A program made the position numbers and the translations under genes. Below, in pieces: positions 1 to 10,976 of a DNA stretch of 35,430 nt (the stretch's first letter is position 1; the number at the start of each line of letters is the position of its first letter). The notes beneath the pieces are model-generated. The model searched no databases, was not told where the DNA came from, and saw only the letters and a list, made by a program, of their open reading frames with translations. The stretch is from Octopus bimaculoides (taxonomy: Eukaryota), in NCBI RefSeq assembly GCF_001194135.2, contig NC_068999.1, forward strand, positions 41,754,111 through 41,789,540, given 5' to 3'.

Positions 1-172
1 ATATGACACATTCTACCAGTGTTCCAAGTTTCAAAGTGTTTCGTTAATGAAAAATGTGGCCCCCGTTTTAAAAAAGATCCCAAGTATGGAAGTAAATAGT
101 GAAGCCGTTTTCACGTGATAAGCGATTACACACACATCTCTGTTTTATATTTCGTATATATAACGATTAGCT
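1..172 (+). mobile_element. Possible non-autonomous Helitron-like 3' end
   Basis: CCAAGTTTCAAAGTGTTTCG..GCCGTTTTCACGTG..(AC)n..TTTTATAT..TATATA resembles HINE-type ends. Weak. Confidence 0.3.
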
Positions 173-388
173 GTCATTTTTGATGGCATGAGGCCAGCTA
201 GAATATATCCATATTTTATAACAAGGTACAGTGGGTCCCATTCTTAAGATATTGCATGACTTCTTCATATCTCAAAAGATTAAAGTTTATTATCCATGTT
301 ATAATCTATGTGATTGTTGCTTGCTTTTATCTTTTTTTACTAGTTTTTAAGTTGGCAAGTTTCTTTGTTTTCTTTTTTTTTTTGTTCT

Positions 389-525
389 CTGTCTCGGTGG
401 AAAGAAACGAGAGGAAAGAGAAGAACATAATAATTTATCATAAGATCCTTTATTATTATCAGAATAACCATATATAGTCCTATTTCAGCTTTATTAAGCC
501 TCATCAGCACAGATTAATTCAGGAT
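389..525 (-). mobile_element. ~137-bp hammerhead-carrying retroelement fragment (Penelope pLTR-like or retrozyme-like), copy 1
   Basis: Aligns along its whole length with 3424-3561. Order on the minus strand: hammerhead, AATAAA, pyrimidine tract ending GAGACAG, A-rich tail. Confidence 0.65.
462..519 (-). ncRNA. Type I (minimal, Penelope/retrozyme-like) hammerhead ribozyme motif, copy 1
   Basis: Minus strand: CTGTG-CTGATGA-GGCTT-AATA-AAGCT-GAA-ATAG-GA-CTAT-A^TATGG. Full core, stem II 5 bp, stem III 4 bp, stem I 5 bp with wobbles. Predicted cleavage after AUA between 473 and 472. Confidence 0.8.
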
Positions 526-986
526 TAAAATTTTTTTCTTAGATTTTTAAACTAGTCCACCTAAAGTCATTTAAAAGTTGAAGTTAATTTTTTTTTTCTT
601 TTTAATAGAAAGGAATGATTGAGATAGAGAAAGAGAGCAAGAGAGAAATTCTTTTCTTACATTGTTTCTCTCCGTGTATTCTTCCAGTGTATTTGGCCTG
701 TTTTACCTTACGGCCTTCCATGTGGCCACATATATATGTTTGTGCCACAGGCTAGCACAGTCTCTGTCGTCTTCATCAGTTGAAAATTCTGAACATCCTG
801 GCTTTGTTTTTCTTTAACTTCATCCTTTGAGATAAATTTATAATTAACTTTGAAATTAAAATATATTTTAGCTGTTTTTGCAGCTTCTATGTAAGGGACG
901 TAACTCCGCTTAGATCTTTCAGACTCACTTCTTGAAGTCATACTTGATTGAATAAATCTCTGTGAGCAAAGATTTCTTCTTTCTAC

Positions 987-1097
987 TAGGTGCAAGCGTG
1001 GCCGAATAGTTAAGATGTTTGCTCTCCAGCCATATGGCTTTGGGCTCTGACCAAACTACATGACACTTTGGGCCAGTGTCTTCTACTATAAACCCTG
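987..1097 (+). mobile_element. SINE family A-like head, diverged
   Basis: TAGGTGCAAGCGTGGCCGAATAGTTAAG..CTTTGGGCCAGTGTCTTCTACTATA. Confidence 0.6.
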
Positions 1098-1104
1098 TGC
1101 TATC

Positions 1105-1180
1105 CACTTTTGGCTGATATACCCTCCAGCCTTCTTGAGGTGTCTTGGGGAAATTTCAAACCTGGGCATATGGCGTAGTG
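1105..1180 (-). mobile_element. Decayed relative of the 24.3-kb hammerhead element, joined to an A-box-like TGGCGTAGTG
   Basis: The minus strand reads CCCAGGTTTGAAATTTCCCCAAGACACCTCAAGAAGGCTGGAGGGTATATCAGCCAAAAG, homologous to 24363-24422. The core is mutated (CTCAAGA, AAAA). Confidence 0.7.
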
Positions 1181-1227
1181 TATTTCTTTTATGTTGTATT
1201 GACCCATTTATTTATTCATCCTTTCAG

Positions 1228-1288
1228 AGAAATGTGATGGCATCAGGTGTTATCCCACAGATATCAGTTATCATGGGACCTTGTGCTG
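1228..1288 (+). CDS. PCCB: Propionyl-CoA carboxylase beta chain, internal coding exon (RNVMASGVIPQISVIMGPCA-G)
   Basis: Acceptor ttcatcctttcag|AGA at 1227/1228 and donor G|gtaagt at 1288/1289. The translation matches the carboxyl-transferase segment RNVxASGVIPQISxIMGPCAGG of PCCB (human ~R182-G202 from recall). Confidence 0.96.
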
Positions 1289-1565
1289 GTAAGTTTATGT
1301 TCTTAAATAATTAGTGGTTTGTTATGTGATGAATGAATGACTTGTTACTTTAGAATTATGAGTTCAAATTCTACCTTGTTGATTCGGCCCTTCATCACTC
1401 TAAAGTAGGAAAATATGTAACTCTGGTATTCTGTAATTGTGGATGTCTAAAACTAAATAAATATTTGGTTCAAAGAGCTTTAACGCTTTGCTGCTATGGT
1501 AGGAATTTGGTAAAAAAATATTGGAAAAGGTATCAATGCATTGGGCAGTATTTGCAGCATTTAGT

Positions 1566-1710
1566 TATCATCATCATGCATCTGTTTTCCATGCTGGTAT
1601 GAGTTGGACGGTTTGACTGAGGTCTGGAGAGCCAGCGGCTGCACCAGGCTCCAATCTGATCTGGCAAAGTTTCTTCAGCTGGATGCCCTTCCTAACACCA
1701 ACCACTCTGC
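1566..1710 (-). mobile_element. Repeat family C (RTE-tail-like SINE/LINE 3' end with (GAT)n tail)
   Basis: CATCATCAT..TTTTCCATGCTGG..CAGCTGGATGCCCTTCCTAACACCAACCACTC. Confidence 0.75.
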
Positions 1711-1848
1711 TATAGATGTATAACAGAGGATGGATTATGCTTGATGGGCATAAAAGTGCCTTGTGTATATGAGAATTTCCTGTCTTTTATATCCATGATA
1801 TCCTTAGTTGCATTCTTGATTTTTTTTTTTTTTCCATCACTATTTTAG

Positions 1849-1898
1849 GTGGTGCTGTTTATTCACCAGCTTTGACGGATTTTACATTCATGGTTAAG
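1849..1898 (+). CDS. PCCB: PCCB internal coding exon (G-GAVYSPALTDFTFMVK)
   Basis: Long poly-T tract, then tattttag|GT at 1848/1849. Phase 1 matches the previous exon. Donor AAG|gtaaga at 1898/1899. Peptide matches the PCCB sequence as recalled. Confidence 0.96.
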
Positions 1899-2378
1899 GT
1901 AAGAGATGTTTTGTAAATATGGTTTGGGACTTCATTCATTAGTACTAAAGATTGTTTTTAATGATGGCCATCTAGAGTTAGTCTTGTGTATAGGGTACAA
2001 AGATTTAGGATACAAAACGTGCCCCCATTTTAATGCTTTTGTATTCATGTTCCAAATAATTTTAAATGTGTCCCTACTTTCATATAAAACACTTGAAAGA
2101 AATTAAACCAAGGGAAAGTGTCACTTTAAATGTGATTTCATGAGTTTTCCTGTTTTCAATGGTATTATGTCATTAATAAAATTTGTAAAATATAAAGAAC
2201 TTATGTTCTTTGAGGAGTTGGATTGTGGTGTTTTGGAGAGGGCTTCTGTTGGAAGAAATGCATTCTTAATGTTGGGTGTAGCAGAATTGATTTAATGGCA
2301 CTGTAGTTTTTATAACAGCTGAATGTGAGTAATCTAAGTACCAATGGCTCAAAGATAGTAGTTTTTATTCTGTACCAG

Positions 2379-2561
2379 TGCTTAGTGGTATTTCGTCTGC
2401 CAGTATTTCGTTCTGAGTTCAAATTCCACTGAGGTCAACTTTGCCTTTCATCGTTTTGTTTTGGGATCAATAAATTAAGTACCAGTTAAGTACTGGGGTC
2501 GATGTAATCGACTTGCCCATTCCCCCAAAATTTCAGGCCTTGTGCCTATAGTAAAAAGATT
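2379..2561 (+). mobile_element. SINE family B
   Basis: GCTTAGTGGTATTTCGTC..GAGTTCAAATTCC (B box)..GCCTTTCATC..AAGTACCAG..GGCCTTGTGCC. Confidence 0.8.
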
Positions 2562-2610
2562 GATTCTGAGCATTATTTAAATTGCATCCTTTTTTTTTTT
2601 GTTGTTTCAG

Positions 2611-2652
2611 GATACATCTTACCTCTTCATTACTGGACCTGATGTTGTAAAG
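2611..2652 (+). CDS. PCCB: PCCB internal coding exon (DTSYLFITGPDVVK)
   Basis: Poly-T tract plus gttgtttcag|GAT at 2610/2611; donor AAG|gtaagc at 2652/2653; phase 0 on both sides; 42 nt. Confidence 0.96.
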
Positions 2653-3423
2653 GTAAGCTTTATTGTGTTTTAGTTTATTGAAAACATCCCTGTTTTTCGA
2701 ATGTTACATGATGCTTTTCACTGTCATGTTACCAATAAACTAAATGAGCCAAACTTAGAATATAGTTTGTTCTTATCACTGAAAGATGTTTGGCCCCATA
2801 CCAAAGACAAACTAACAAACTTTTGAAATGTTGAATCTGTGATTGTTCCAATTCCTGACTTTGGAAAGTCATCCTTGCTGTATGTGGCCGAGCATTATCC
2901 TGATGGAGGAACACCTTTCATCTCGAAAGCAAAGATGGTCGTTTTGCTTCTAGCGCTGACTTAAGCTGCTCAAGCTGCTTGCAGTTGATCTCCTTTGTTA
3001 TCATTTGGTTTGGGTTTAAAAATTCAGTGGACTAAACCTTTCATTTCCCACCAAACAGATAAAAACACCTTATGTGAGAAAGACCTTCTTTAACCTAGGG
3101 TGCCAGTGTTTTTCATTTCTCTACCCACTGTCTTTGGCACTTGACATTTTTGTAGAGAACCCATTTCTCATCACCAGTCGCTATTCAGTCCAAAAAAGGC
3201 TCATTCGTGAGACACTTTAGCAAAGAAGAGCACACATTCTCTCTCTGCATACGATTAGACTCTGAAAGTTTGAAGAAGCCACTGATCCAATGAGTGTTGA
3301 TGAATGGTTGAATGACCAATTCCATACTTCTCTGCTAGTTCCTCAACAGTTATGATGGGATTTTGTTCCACCAGAGCTTGCAGAACATTCTTGTCATGCT
3401 CTACAGATGTTCTTTATTTTTTT

Positions 3424-3561
3424 CTGTCTCAGTGGAAGAAAACGAGAGGAAAGAGAAGAACATACATATTTTATCATAAGATCCTTTATTATTATCAGAA
3501 TTTCCATATATAGTCCCATTTCGGCTTTATTAAGCCTCATCAGCACAGATTATTTCAGGAT
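3424..3561 (-). mobile_element. ~138-bp hammerhead-carrying retroelement fragment, copy 2, inserted in a mariner transposase
   Basis: Same sequence as 389-525. Interrupts the mariner reading LEDDPHP|...|TSVE. Confidence 0.7.
3500..3555 (-). ncRNA. Type I hammerhead ribozyme motif, copy 2
   Basis: Minus strand: CTGTG-CTGATGA-GGCTT-AATA-AAGCC-GAA-ATGG-GA-CTAT-A^TATGG. Perfect stem II with G10.1-C11.1. Predicted cleavage between 3509 and 3508. Confidence 0.85.
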
Positions 3562-4235
3562 GAGGATCATCTTCTAGGCTGTAGTTTCCAGCTCGGAATT
3601 TCTGAAACCATTGTTGACACTGGCTTAGGCTTTTTGTCCAATCCCCATATACTGCATTAATATTCCTCACACTTTCCATTGCGTTGTTGCCTTTATTGAA
3701 CTCATAAAACAAAATATGCCGAATATGCTCCTTTGTCATTTCCATTATAGCTTTGAAAAAATAACTGTTAAAATCGAACTGCACTCTTCAAAACTTGCAC
3801 TAAGAATAAGTACAAGGTAAAATTACTACCTGCTTTTATAGCAAGTTGATGCAAGTAGTTTATCCCATTGCTCTCCAACTTTTAGTTCATGTAATTGAAA
3901 AAACTGCATTATTTATGGGATGATCCAATAGATTGACTGGAATTCAAGGAACACCAACAATTAGTGAGAAACTAAGACAGGCAGTGGGATATAGTTTTAT
4001 AAATTCATTGAAACCGTATTAATTAGGGTAGGAATGAGGTGAAAATAATTGAAACTGTTGATCATGATGCAAATGGAATCTAATGCATCATAAATTTTTA
4101 ATTTTCCCAAAGAATATAAAAAAAAACTTCTACATCAAGGATGGGGGTAATATATTAAGTATTGGAGTGAACTGGAAGAACCTTTGTGGTACATCTCTGC
4201 TGAAAGAAAAACTAAAATCATTGTTCTCCTAATTA

Positions 4236-4500
4236 TCACCATCATTTAACGTCTGCTTTCCATGCTGGTATGGATTAGATGGTTTGACAGGAACTCGTAA
4301 GCTGCAGAGCTTTTACCAGGTTCCAGTCTGATTTGGCAGGGTTTCTACAGCTGGATGCCCTTCCTAACACCAACCACTCCGAGAGTGTAATGGGTGCTTT
4401 TTACCACCAACAACAGCCATGACTATGATTTCATAGGTGCCATTTCACTTGGCTTGATGAGTCTTCTCAAGCACAGCATATCGCCAAAGGTCTTGGTCAG
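4236..4500 (-). mobile_element. Repeat family C
   Basis: CACCATCATTTAACGTCTGCTTTCCATGCTGG..GCTGGATGCCCTTCCTAACACCAACCACTCCGAGAGTG..CTTGGCTTGATGAGTCTTCTCAAGCACAGCATATCGCCAAAGGTC. Confidence 0.75.
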
Positions 4501-4649
4501 CTTGTATTTAATTACTACTTTGATCTTGGCTTAAGATGCTTTGTTTTTTTTGCATATAGCTTGATTAGAGGTCTCATTGGTCGGTAAGTTCAATGTGGTG
4601 CAGTTTGTCCTGTAGGTGAGAGAGGCCTCATCTCTGTTTAATATGGTCC

Positions 4650-4822
4650 TTTGATCTGCTAGAAATAGCAGCCATAGCTCTCCCTACCTTCATAAATGAC
4701 TTGAATAAAGAAAGAACACTTTCTATATTGTCGTTCTCCACACTCTTACTGGCTGGAATGCCTTTTGTTCATAAAACTACTGAAATTAGGTTTGACCTGG
4801 GGCTAAATGAGAACAAGAGAAA
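4650..4822 (+). repeat. Interspersed repeat family D (also at ~8150-8325 and ~24690-24890)
   Basis: Shared blocks GATCTGYTAGAAA.AG and GGATGRTCA..GCT.GAA..CYTTTGATC..TGACCTG.GG.TAAA recur at three loci. Class unknown. Confidence 0.5.
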
Positions 4823-4871
4823 CATACTGACAAAAAATTTCTAATGCTTTGGTAAAATATAATTTTATAAA

Positions 4872-4930
4872 TAGGTTCGTCCAACCCATGCTAGCATGGA
4901 AAGTGGACGTTAAATGATGATGATGATGAT
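4872..4930 (+). mobile_element. Repeat family C 3' tip
   Basis: GTCCAACCCATGCTAGCATGGAAAGTGGACGTTAAATGATGATGATGATGAT. Confidence 0.75.
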
Positions 4931-5766
4931 AATTTTTCAGGAGGTCCAACTACTTTCATGATTAGTGTGTGTGTGTGTGTGCGTGTATACATATATACAC
5001 ACACACACACACATGACACAGATGGGTGATAAGAAAGTTTAGCTGGGAACCAAGAGTAAAGATTATTTTTTTAAATCTGACATTTAGCTTTGACTAAATA
5101 TCACAGTTATTAATCTATCATAGTTTTGAACATGGGAATCGGGTTCCTTTTAACAATATGACTTTATTTCCAGGGTAAATTTCACGCCACCAGATAACAT
5201 ATATATATATAGTATAATAATTCTTAAGTTATGGAATCGGTATTTTGTTTCCCCCCACCCCCTTCCATCATATGAAGCCATTTAATGTGAAATAATAAAC
5301 TGCTTTATGACAACCATATGTGAAAATCTTTATAATGATCATTATCATCATCCTTGGTTTTATTATCATTATTACTANNNNNNNNNNNNNNNNNNNNNNN
5401 NNNNNNNNNNNNNNNNNNNNNNNNNNNNNNNNNNNNNNNNNNNNNNNNNNNNNNNNNNNNNNNNNNNNNNNNNNNNNNNNNNNNNNNNNNNNNNNNNNNN
5501 NNNNNNNNNNNNNNNNNNNNNNNNNNNNNNNNNNNNNNNNNNNNNNNNNNNNNNNNNNNNNNNNNNNNNNNNNNNNNNNNNNNNNNNNNNNNNNNNNNNN
5601 NNNNNNNNNNNNNNNNNNNNNNNNNNNNNNNNNNNNNNNNNNNNNNNNNNNNNNNNNNNNNNNNNNNNNNNNNNNNNNNNNNNNNNNNNNNNNNNNNNNN
5701 NNNNNNNNNNNNNNNNNNNNNNNNNNNNNNNNNNNNNNNNNNNNNNNNNNNNNNNNNNNNNNNNNN

Positions 5767-6180
5767 GTGCTTAGAGTAGAAAAAAATCATTAGCACGCCG
5801 GGTGAAATGCTTAGCGGTATTTCATCTGTCTTTACGTTCTGAGTTCAAATTCTGTTGAGGTCGTCTTTGCCTTTCATCCTTTTGGGGTCGATGAATTAAG
5901 TACCAGTTGTGTACAGGGGTCAATGTAATCGATTAGCTTCCTCTCCCAAAATTTCAGGCCTTGTGCCTAGAGTAGAAAAGAATTGTTAGCATGCCAAGCG
6001 AAATGCTTAGCTGTATTTTGTGTGTTGCTATGTTCTGAGTTCAAATTCTGCTGAGGTCAACTTTGCCTTTCGTCCTTTCGGGGTCGATAAATTAAGCACC
6101 AGTCAGTTACTGAAGTTGATGTGATTGATTGTCCCCTTCCCCACAAAAATCCAGGCCTTGTGCTTATAGTAGAAAGGATT
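5767..6180 (+). mobile_element. Head-to-tail tandem array of SINE family B (two ~195-bp units plus the tail of a third entering from the gap)
   Basis: Units 5790-5983 and 5985-6180 both start TTAGCAYGCC and end TGTGCYTAKAGTAGAAA. 5767-5789 is another tail. Confidence 0.85.
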
Positions 6181-6421
6181 ATTATTGTTGTTGTTGCTTT
6201 GTTTTTAATTCAAAGGCAAAATATTAACACATTTTCGTATTTCTTTTTATCTGNNNNNNNNNNNNNNNNNNNNNNNNNNNNNNNNNNNNNNNNNNNNNNN
6301 NNNNNNNNNNNNNNNNNNNNNNNNNNNNNNNNNNNNNNNNNNNNNNNNNNNNNNNNNNNNNNNNNNNNNNNNNNNNNNNNNNNNNNNNNNNNNNNNNNNN
6401 NNNNNNNNNNNNATAATTAAC

Positions 6422-6814
6422 TAGGCGCAGGAGTGGCTGTGTGGTAAGTAGCATGCTTACCAACCACATGGTTCCGGGTTCAGTCCCACTGCGTGGCACC
6501 TTGGGCAAGTGTCTTCTACTATAGCCTCGAGCCGACCAAAGCCTTGTGAGTGGATTTGGTAGACGGAAACTGAAAGAAGCCTGTCGTATATATATATATA
6601 TGTATGTGTGTTTGTGTATCTGTGTTTGTCCCCCCACCATCGCTTGACAACCAATGCTGGTGTGTTTACGTCCCCGTAACTTAGCGGTTCGGCAAAAGAG
6701 ACCGATAGAATAAGTACTAGGCTTACAAAGAATAAGTCTTGGGGTCGATTTGCTCGACTAAAGGCGGTGCTCCAGCATGGTTGCAGTCAAATGACTGAAA
6801 CAAGTAAAAGAGTA
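6422..6814 (+). mobile_element. tRNA-derived SINE family A, near full-length
   Basis: A-box-like TGGCTGTGTGG, B-box-like GGTTCAGTCCC, CCTTGGGCAAGTGTC segment, central (TA)/(TG) tract, tail GACTGAAACAAGTAAAAGAG. More than 10 homologs in the window. Confidence 0.85.
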
Positions 6815-7954
6815 ATCAAATAGGGATTCTGTGTGTCTTTCATTGCTCAGGGCTACTTATAAAAGTAGATAAAAGAGAGAAAAATTAATGGGGAGAGGGA
6901 CCACTACAAGAAGAGAGGGAGAAAGTTAATTATAGAGAGAAGAAGAGTTTAGTTTAAATATAAAAGACATGCATACATGTGGTGTTTGTGTGTCTCGGAG
7001 CATATATTTAGCATGCATTACCATTCCACATGTTATGCACTATTTATAAAATCTAACATGTTGTCGTTATTTAATAAATTTGGTGCTAATTAATGTTATT
7101 AACGTTCATCAGCAACTTTTCTGTTAGGAACAAACTCTCTTGTATGAATTCCAGCTGCTGCTCTCAAAATTCAACTTTCACTTCCTTTTTTTTTTTCTCC
7201 TCCTCCCCAACCACCAATATAACTAACACATGCATCCAACTAACCCATTGACCTCCCCCACTCACCTTTCTCATTTTTTTTTTTTATCTCTCTCTCTCTT
7301 TTTTTTTCTTTAGTAATTCTTTCTTCTGCCTCTCTTTGCTAGTGCTGTTACGCATGCATACTCATGGTGTAGATGTATTCTCTCTTCCGATTTCGTAAAC
7401 AGCATTTAGGGTTTTCATATTTTAATGCAGTTCCTGAAGTAATTTACGAGAAAGGTGGGCGGGATTCAACTGTTGGTGTTAAGCTTATTTTACATAGAAA
7501 CTCTGCTGCAATAAAAATGAATGAAAACAGGAAAAAAAAAAAAACAACAAAAAACACCATCAAAGGAAGTAAAAAACAAAATGATTGAAGTTTAGGAATG
7601 GTGAAGCTATTTCCTGCTTTGATATGTTCCATACTTTCTCTACTAGACTATTTATTTTAGTAGCCAGGGTCTATTTAAATGGTCCTGCTGGCTTAATTAA
7701 CTCTGCATTTACAGCAAGCACAAGCAGATGTGGTTTCTCTCTGATTTGCTTAGAACTATCAGCACTGAGTGAGTGAGTGCTCTGCCAACCAAATGGTATC
7801 TATTCTTGTGTCCTTGGCAGTTTCATTTCCTTCATTCTCTTTTACTGTGTGAATTTGCATCTATATTTCCATATGTCCACGAAAACCATTTTTTCTTTCT
7901 TCCATTTACTTTGATCTATATGTCTGCACATGCATCTAATTCTTTTCTATTCTA

Positions 7955-8095
7955 GGCACAAGGCCCTAAATTTTTGGGGAGGGGGGGCCAGTCGATTAGA
8001 TCAACCCTAGTACGCAACTGGTACTTAATTTATCAATCCTGATAGGACGAAAGGCAAAGACAGACGAAATACCGTTAAGCATTTTGCCTGGCATG
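7955..8095 (-). mobile_element. SINE family B with an internal deletion
   Basis: AGGCACAAGGCC..CTGGTACTTAATTTATC..GAAAGGCAAAG|ACAGACGAAATACCG. Confidence 0.75.
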
Positions 8096-8721
8096 AAGAA
8101 ACACGTTTCTTCCAGCTCTAATTGCGCACACAAAGGAAGTATCTAGGTTGTTGCTAGATCTGTTAGAAACAGTAACTAAATCTTTTGAGGTCACAATGTC
8201 TTTAAAGGAAATGTGTTCATTGGTTAATGTAGGCCTTGATAAATAAGAAGGGATGGTCACAGCTGAAGCTTCTTTGATCTGTAGCTTTACTTAGCCATGG
8301 CTGACCTGTGGTTAAACAACAACAAAAAAACTATAGTTACCTCAGTTTGGTCTCACATACCAGAACTGCTGTGTGATCCAGTGGAAGGTTTCATAATTCA
8401 ATTATAACTGACTTAGCCACAGAGTACAGCTGTAAAATTGAGTACCTCCATCACTACCCAATGACCTAACCTAATGTCTCTAGAGGATTGGATATAAACC
8501 TATGACTCTTGAGTCTTATGTATGTCTGTGTGTACACACACACTTTGCCTCCATGAGGCCCAACACATTTCTTTTATATTCCCTTTGGTAGACAATAGCA
8601 TCATTAGTTTCCAACAACCAATCTCTGCTTCAGTACATTTGATGGACAGAATGGAAAGAAACTGACTGTACAACATGAACAGAACGAAAACTATGCAGAG
8701 TATTTTTTATTTGAATGCATC

Positions 8722-8905
8722 GTCATCACCATCACCATCTTTTAATGTCTGTTGTCCATCCTGGCATGGGTTGGATGGTTTGACCAAGGCTAGTAAGCTG
8801 AGGGGCTGCACCAGACTCCAGTCTGATTTGGCATGGTTTCTATAGCTTGATGCCATTCCCAACGCCAACCACTCTGAGAGTGTAATGGGTGCTTTTGGTG
8901 CACCA
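8722..8905 (-). mobile_element. Repeat family C
   Basis: CATCACCATCACCATC..GGCATGGGTTGGATGG..ACGCCAACCACTCTGAGAGTGTAATGGGTGC. Confidence 0.7.
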
Positions 8906-10061
8906 GTTTAATTTTCTTACCAATGCCTACATCTTTTGCCATTTTTGGACTTTGATCTTGTCAATTTGATTTCTAATCAAACTGCAGTAATACCTTCCAT
9001 CTTTCCAGAGTCAAGAAAATAAAGTATTAATTAACCACCTAGACTCTTCCCCCTATATTTCTGGCCCTGGCCGTATCGAAGAACTTCATCATTGTCTTCA
9101 GTCCTAGCATGGGTTGGATAGGTTAGCAATACATTGTAGTTCCTTCCATACGTGTTAACCTTTAGTGCTTGTAGCCACAAGGATTCTTGAATTGACTATG
9201 TTTGAAATATTCGGTAGTGTTTCCGGTAACACTGTTTTGAATAAGTATTGGTTATTTTTCATCCAACGCCCTCCCCTATCCTTTAAATTATCCCATCAAG
9301 GTTGAGACAATTCTCTATGATGCTTACCATGTTTCTTATATTAGCAAGAGATCAGTTGCATTTTGTAGTAAACAAAACATTTGGTGCCGTTTTCTAAATT
9401 TATAGCTGAGAATATTCTTATCTATATGCCTTTTTATTGGAATCATCCCTCCCCACAGCCACTACCATCACAAATGCAGACTCACTTAAGTTACAATGAC
9501 ATGTAGTCGGTTTATTATTTCTCTACCATTTATTATCTAACAATCTTTTTGCTACGAATAACAAATCTGTCCAAATTTATCAAATATTATTTTCTTTTAA
9601 TTTTACAAATATCCTGAAAGATATCTCATTGGAAGTTTAGTTTTGGTGCAAAAGAACTCGCATGCTTGTTGGTTTGTTTGTTTGTTTATTGCAGAAGTAA
9701 CTTTGGATCTATCTTTCTGGAGTCTTTCAGTACAAATGTGCTGGAAACATTTTTATTTTGTAGTAAATATTACACTATAATTTCTTATGAATTTGTCAGA
9801 TGCTTGTATCTGATGTTATTTCAGGCACTTCTATGGGGAGTTGCTCACTTGGGACTCAATCCACATTCTTACCTCTAATCTATTAACTAATCTCAGACAA
9901 TATGTTTAGAGTGCTGTGAGCTGTTAGATGCTGTAACGAATGTTATCTAGATTTCAGTGTTGACTCTGTAACCAACAGAAATATTCTTACTCTTTCTACT
10001 AGAAACTTATTTATTGTCTATTCTGTTTTATAGATGAAAATAGTTTTACTTATTTTCTCTA

Positions 10062-10679
10062 TACTCTTTTACTTGTTTCAGTCATTTGACGGTGGCCATG
10101 CTGGAGCACCGCCTTTAGTCGAGTAAATCGACCTCAGGACTTATTCTTCGGATGCCTAGTACTTATTCTATCGGTCTCTTTTGCCGAACCGCTAAGTTAC
10201 GTTCCCGTAAACACACCACCATCAGTTGTTAAGCGATGTTGGGGGGACAAACACACATACACACACANNNNNNNNNNNNNNNNNNNNNNNNNNNNNNNNN
10301 NNNNNNNNNNNNNNNNNNNNNNNNNNNNNNNNNNNNNNNNNNNNNNNNNNNNNNNNNNNNNNNNNNNNNNNNNNNNNNNNNNNNNNNNNNNNNNNNNNNN
10401 NNNNNNNNNNNNNNNNNNNNNNNNNNNNNNNNNNNNNNNNNNNNNNNNNNNNNNNNNNNNNNNNNNNNNNNNNNNNNNNTTTTATGTGCCACCCGCACAA
10501 GCCAGTCCAGGGGCACTGGCAACGATCTATATATATATACATATATATGACAGGCTTCTTTCAGTTTCTGTCTACCAAATCCACTCACAACTCTTTGGTT
10601 GGCCCGAGGCTATAGTAGAAGACACTTGCCCAAGGTGCCACACAGTGGCAATGAACCCGGAACCATGTGGTTGGTAAAC
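10062..10679 (-). mobile_element. SINE family A spanning an assembly gap, with a family C fragment inside
   Basis: 3' half at 10062-10267 and 5' half at ~10540-10679, both reverse complements of 6422-6814. TTTATGTGCCACCCGCAC (family C-like) lies at 10481-10530. Confidence 0.8.
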
Positions 10680-10976
10680 TAGCAGGAGTCGGATATATAT
10701 ATATATTTTTTTTTTTAACCTAATTGTAATTTCCAATATTTTCACACTCTTGGTGCAATTATTTTCGTCTTTCCATCTAGTAATAATCACTCAACTGTGA
10801 AGTAGTAGAATAAATTACTGGATTGCATTGGTATTTATTGTTACCCTCCCCCCAGGTGAATGAAGAGTGAAGTGGACATTGGATGTATTTGAATTTACAA
10901 TCGCATCCAGCCATGCCAGGTTCGTTGAATTTATGGTCCTCGCAGTGATGACAGTTTACATAAATAAATGGTGCAT

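Larger units (their letters stand above)
2860..3928 (-). mobile_element. Degraded, 3'-truncated mariner (Tc1/mariner, DD34D-type) DNA transposon
   Basis: 5' TIR TA|TTGGATCATCCCATAAATAATGCAG at 3930-3902; ATG at 3745. Mos1-like HTH MTKEHIRHILFYEFNKG..WFQKFRAGNYSLEDDP. Catalytic motifs TGDEKW (3178-3161), VWW and HQDNARPH (2905-2882). Has stops and frameshifts; the third D (YSPD..PSDY) is absent. Confidence 0.9.

Noticed and set aside
708-995. 95-aa minus-strand ORF behind an acceptor-like CTTTGCTCACAG; ERSKRSYVPY faintly resembles LINE ORF2 C-termini
   Set aside because: No domain I can recognise, no convincing donor, and the similarity is too short to support a call.
7373-7955. Cluster of short ORFs in unique-looking sequence
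   Set aside because: Low-complexity or poly-A driven, with no splice-consistent frame or recognisable domain. It could be a non-coding conserved element, but that cannot be judged here.
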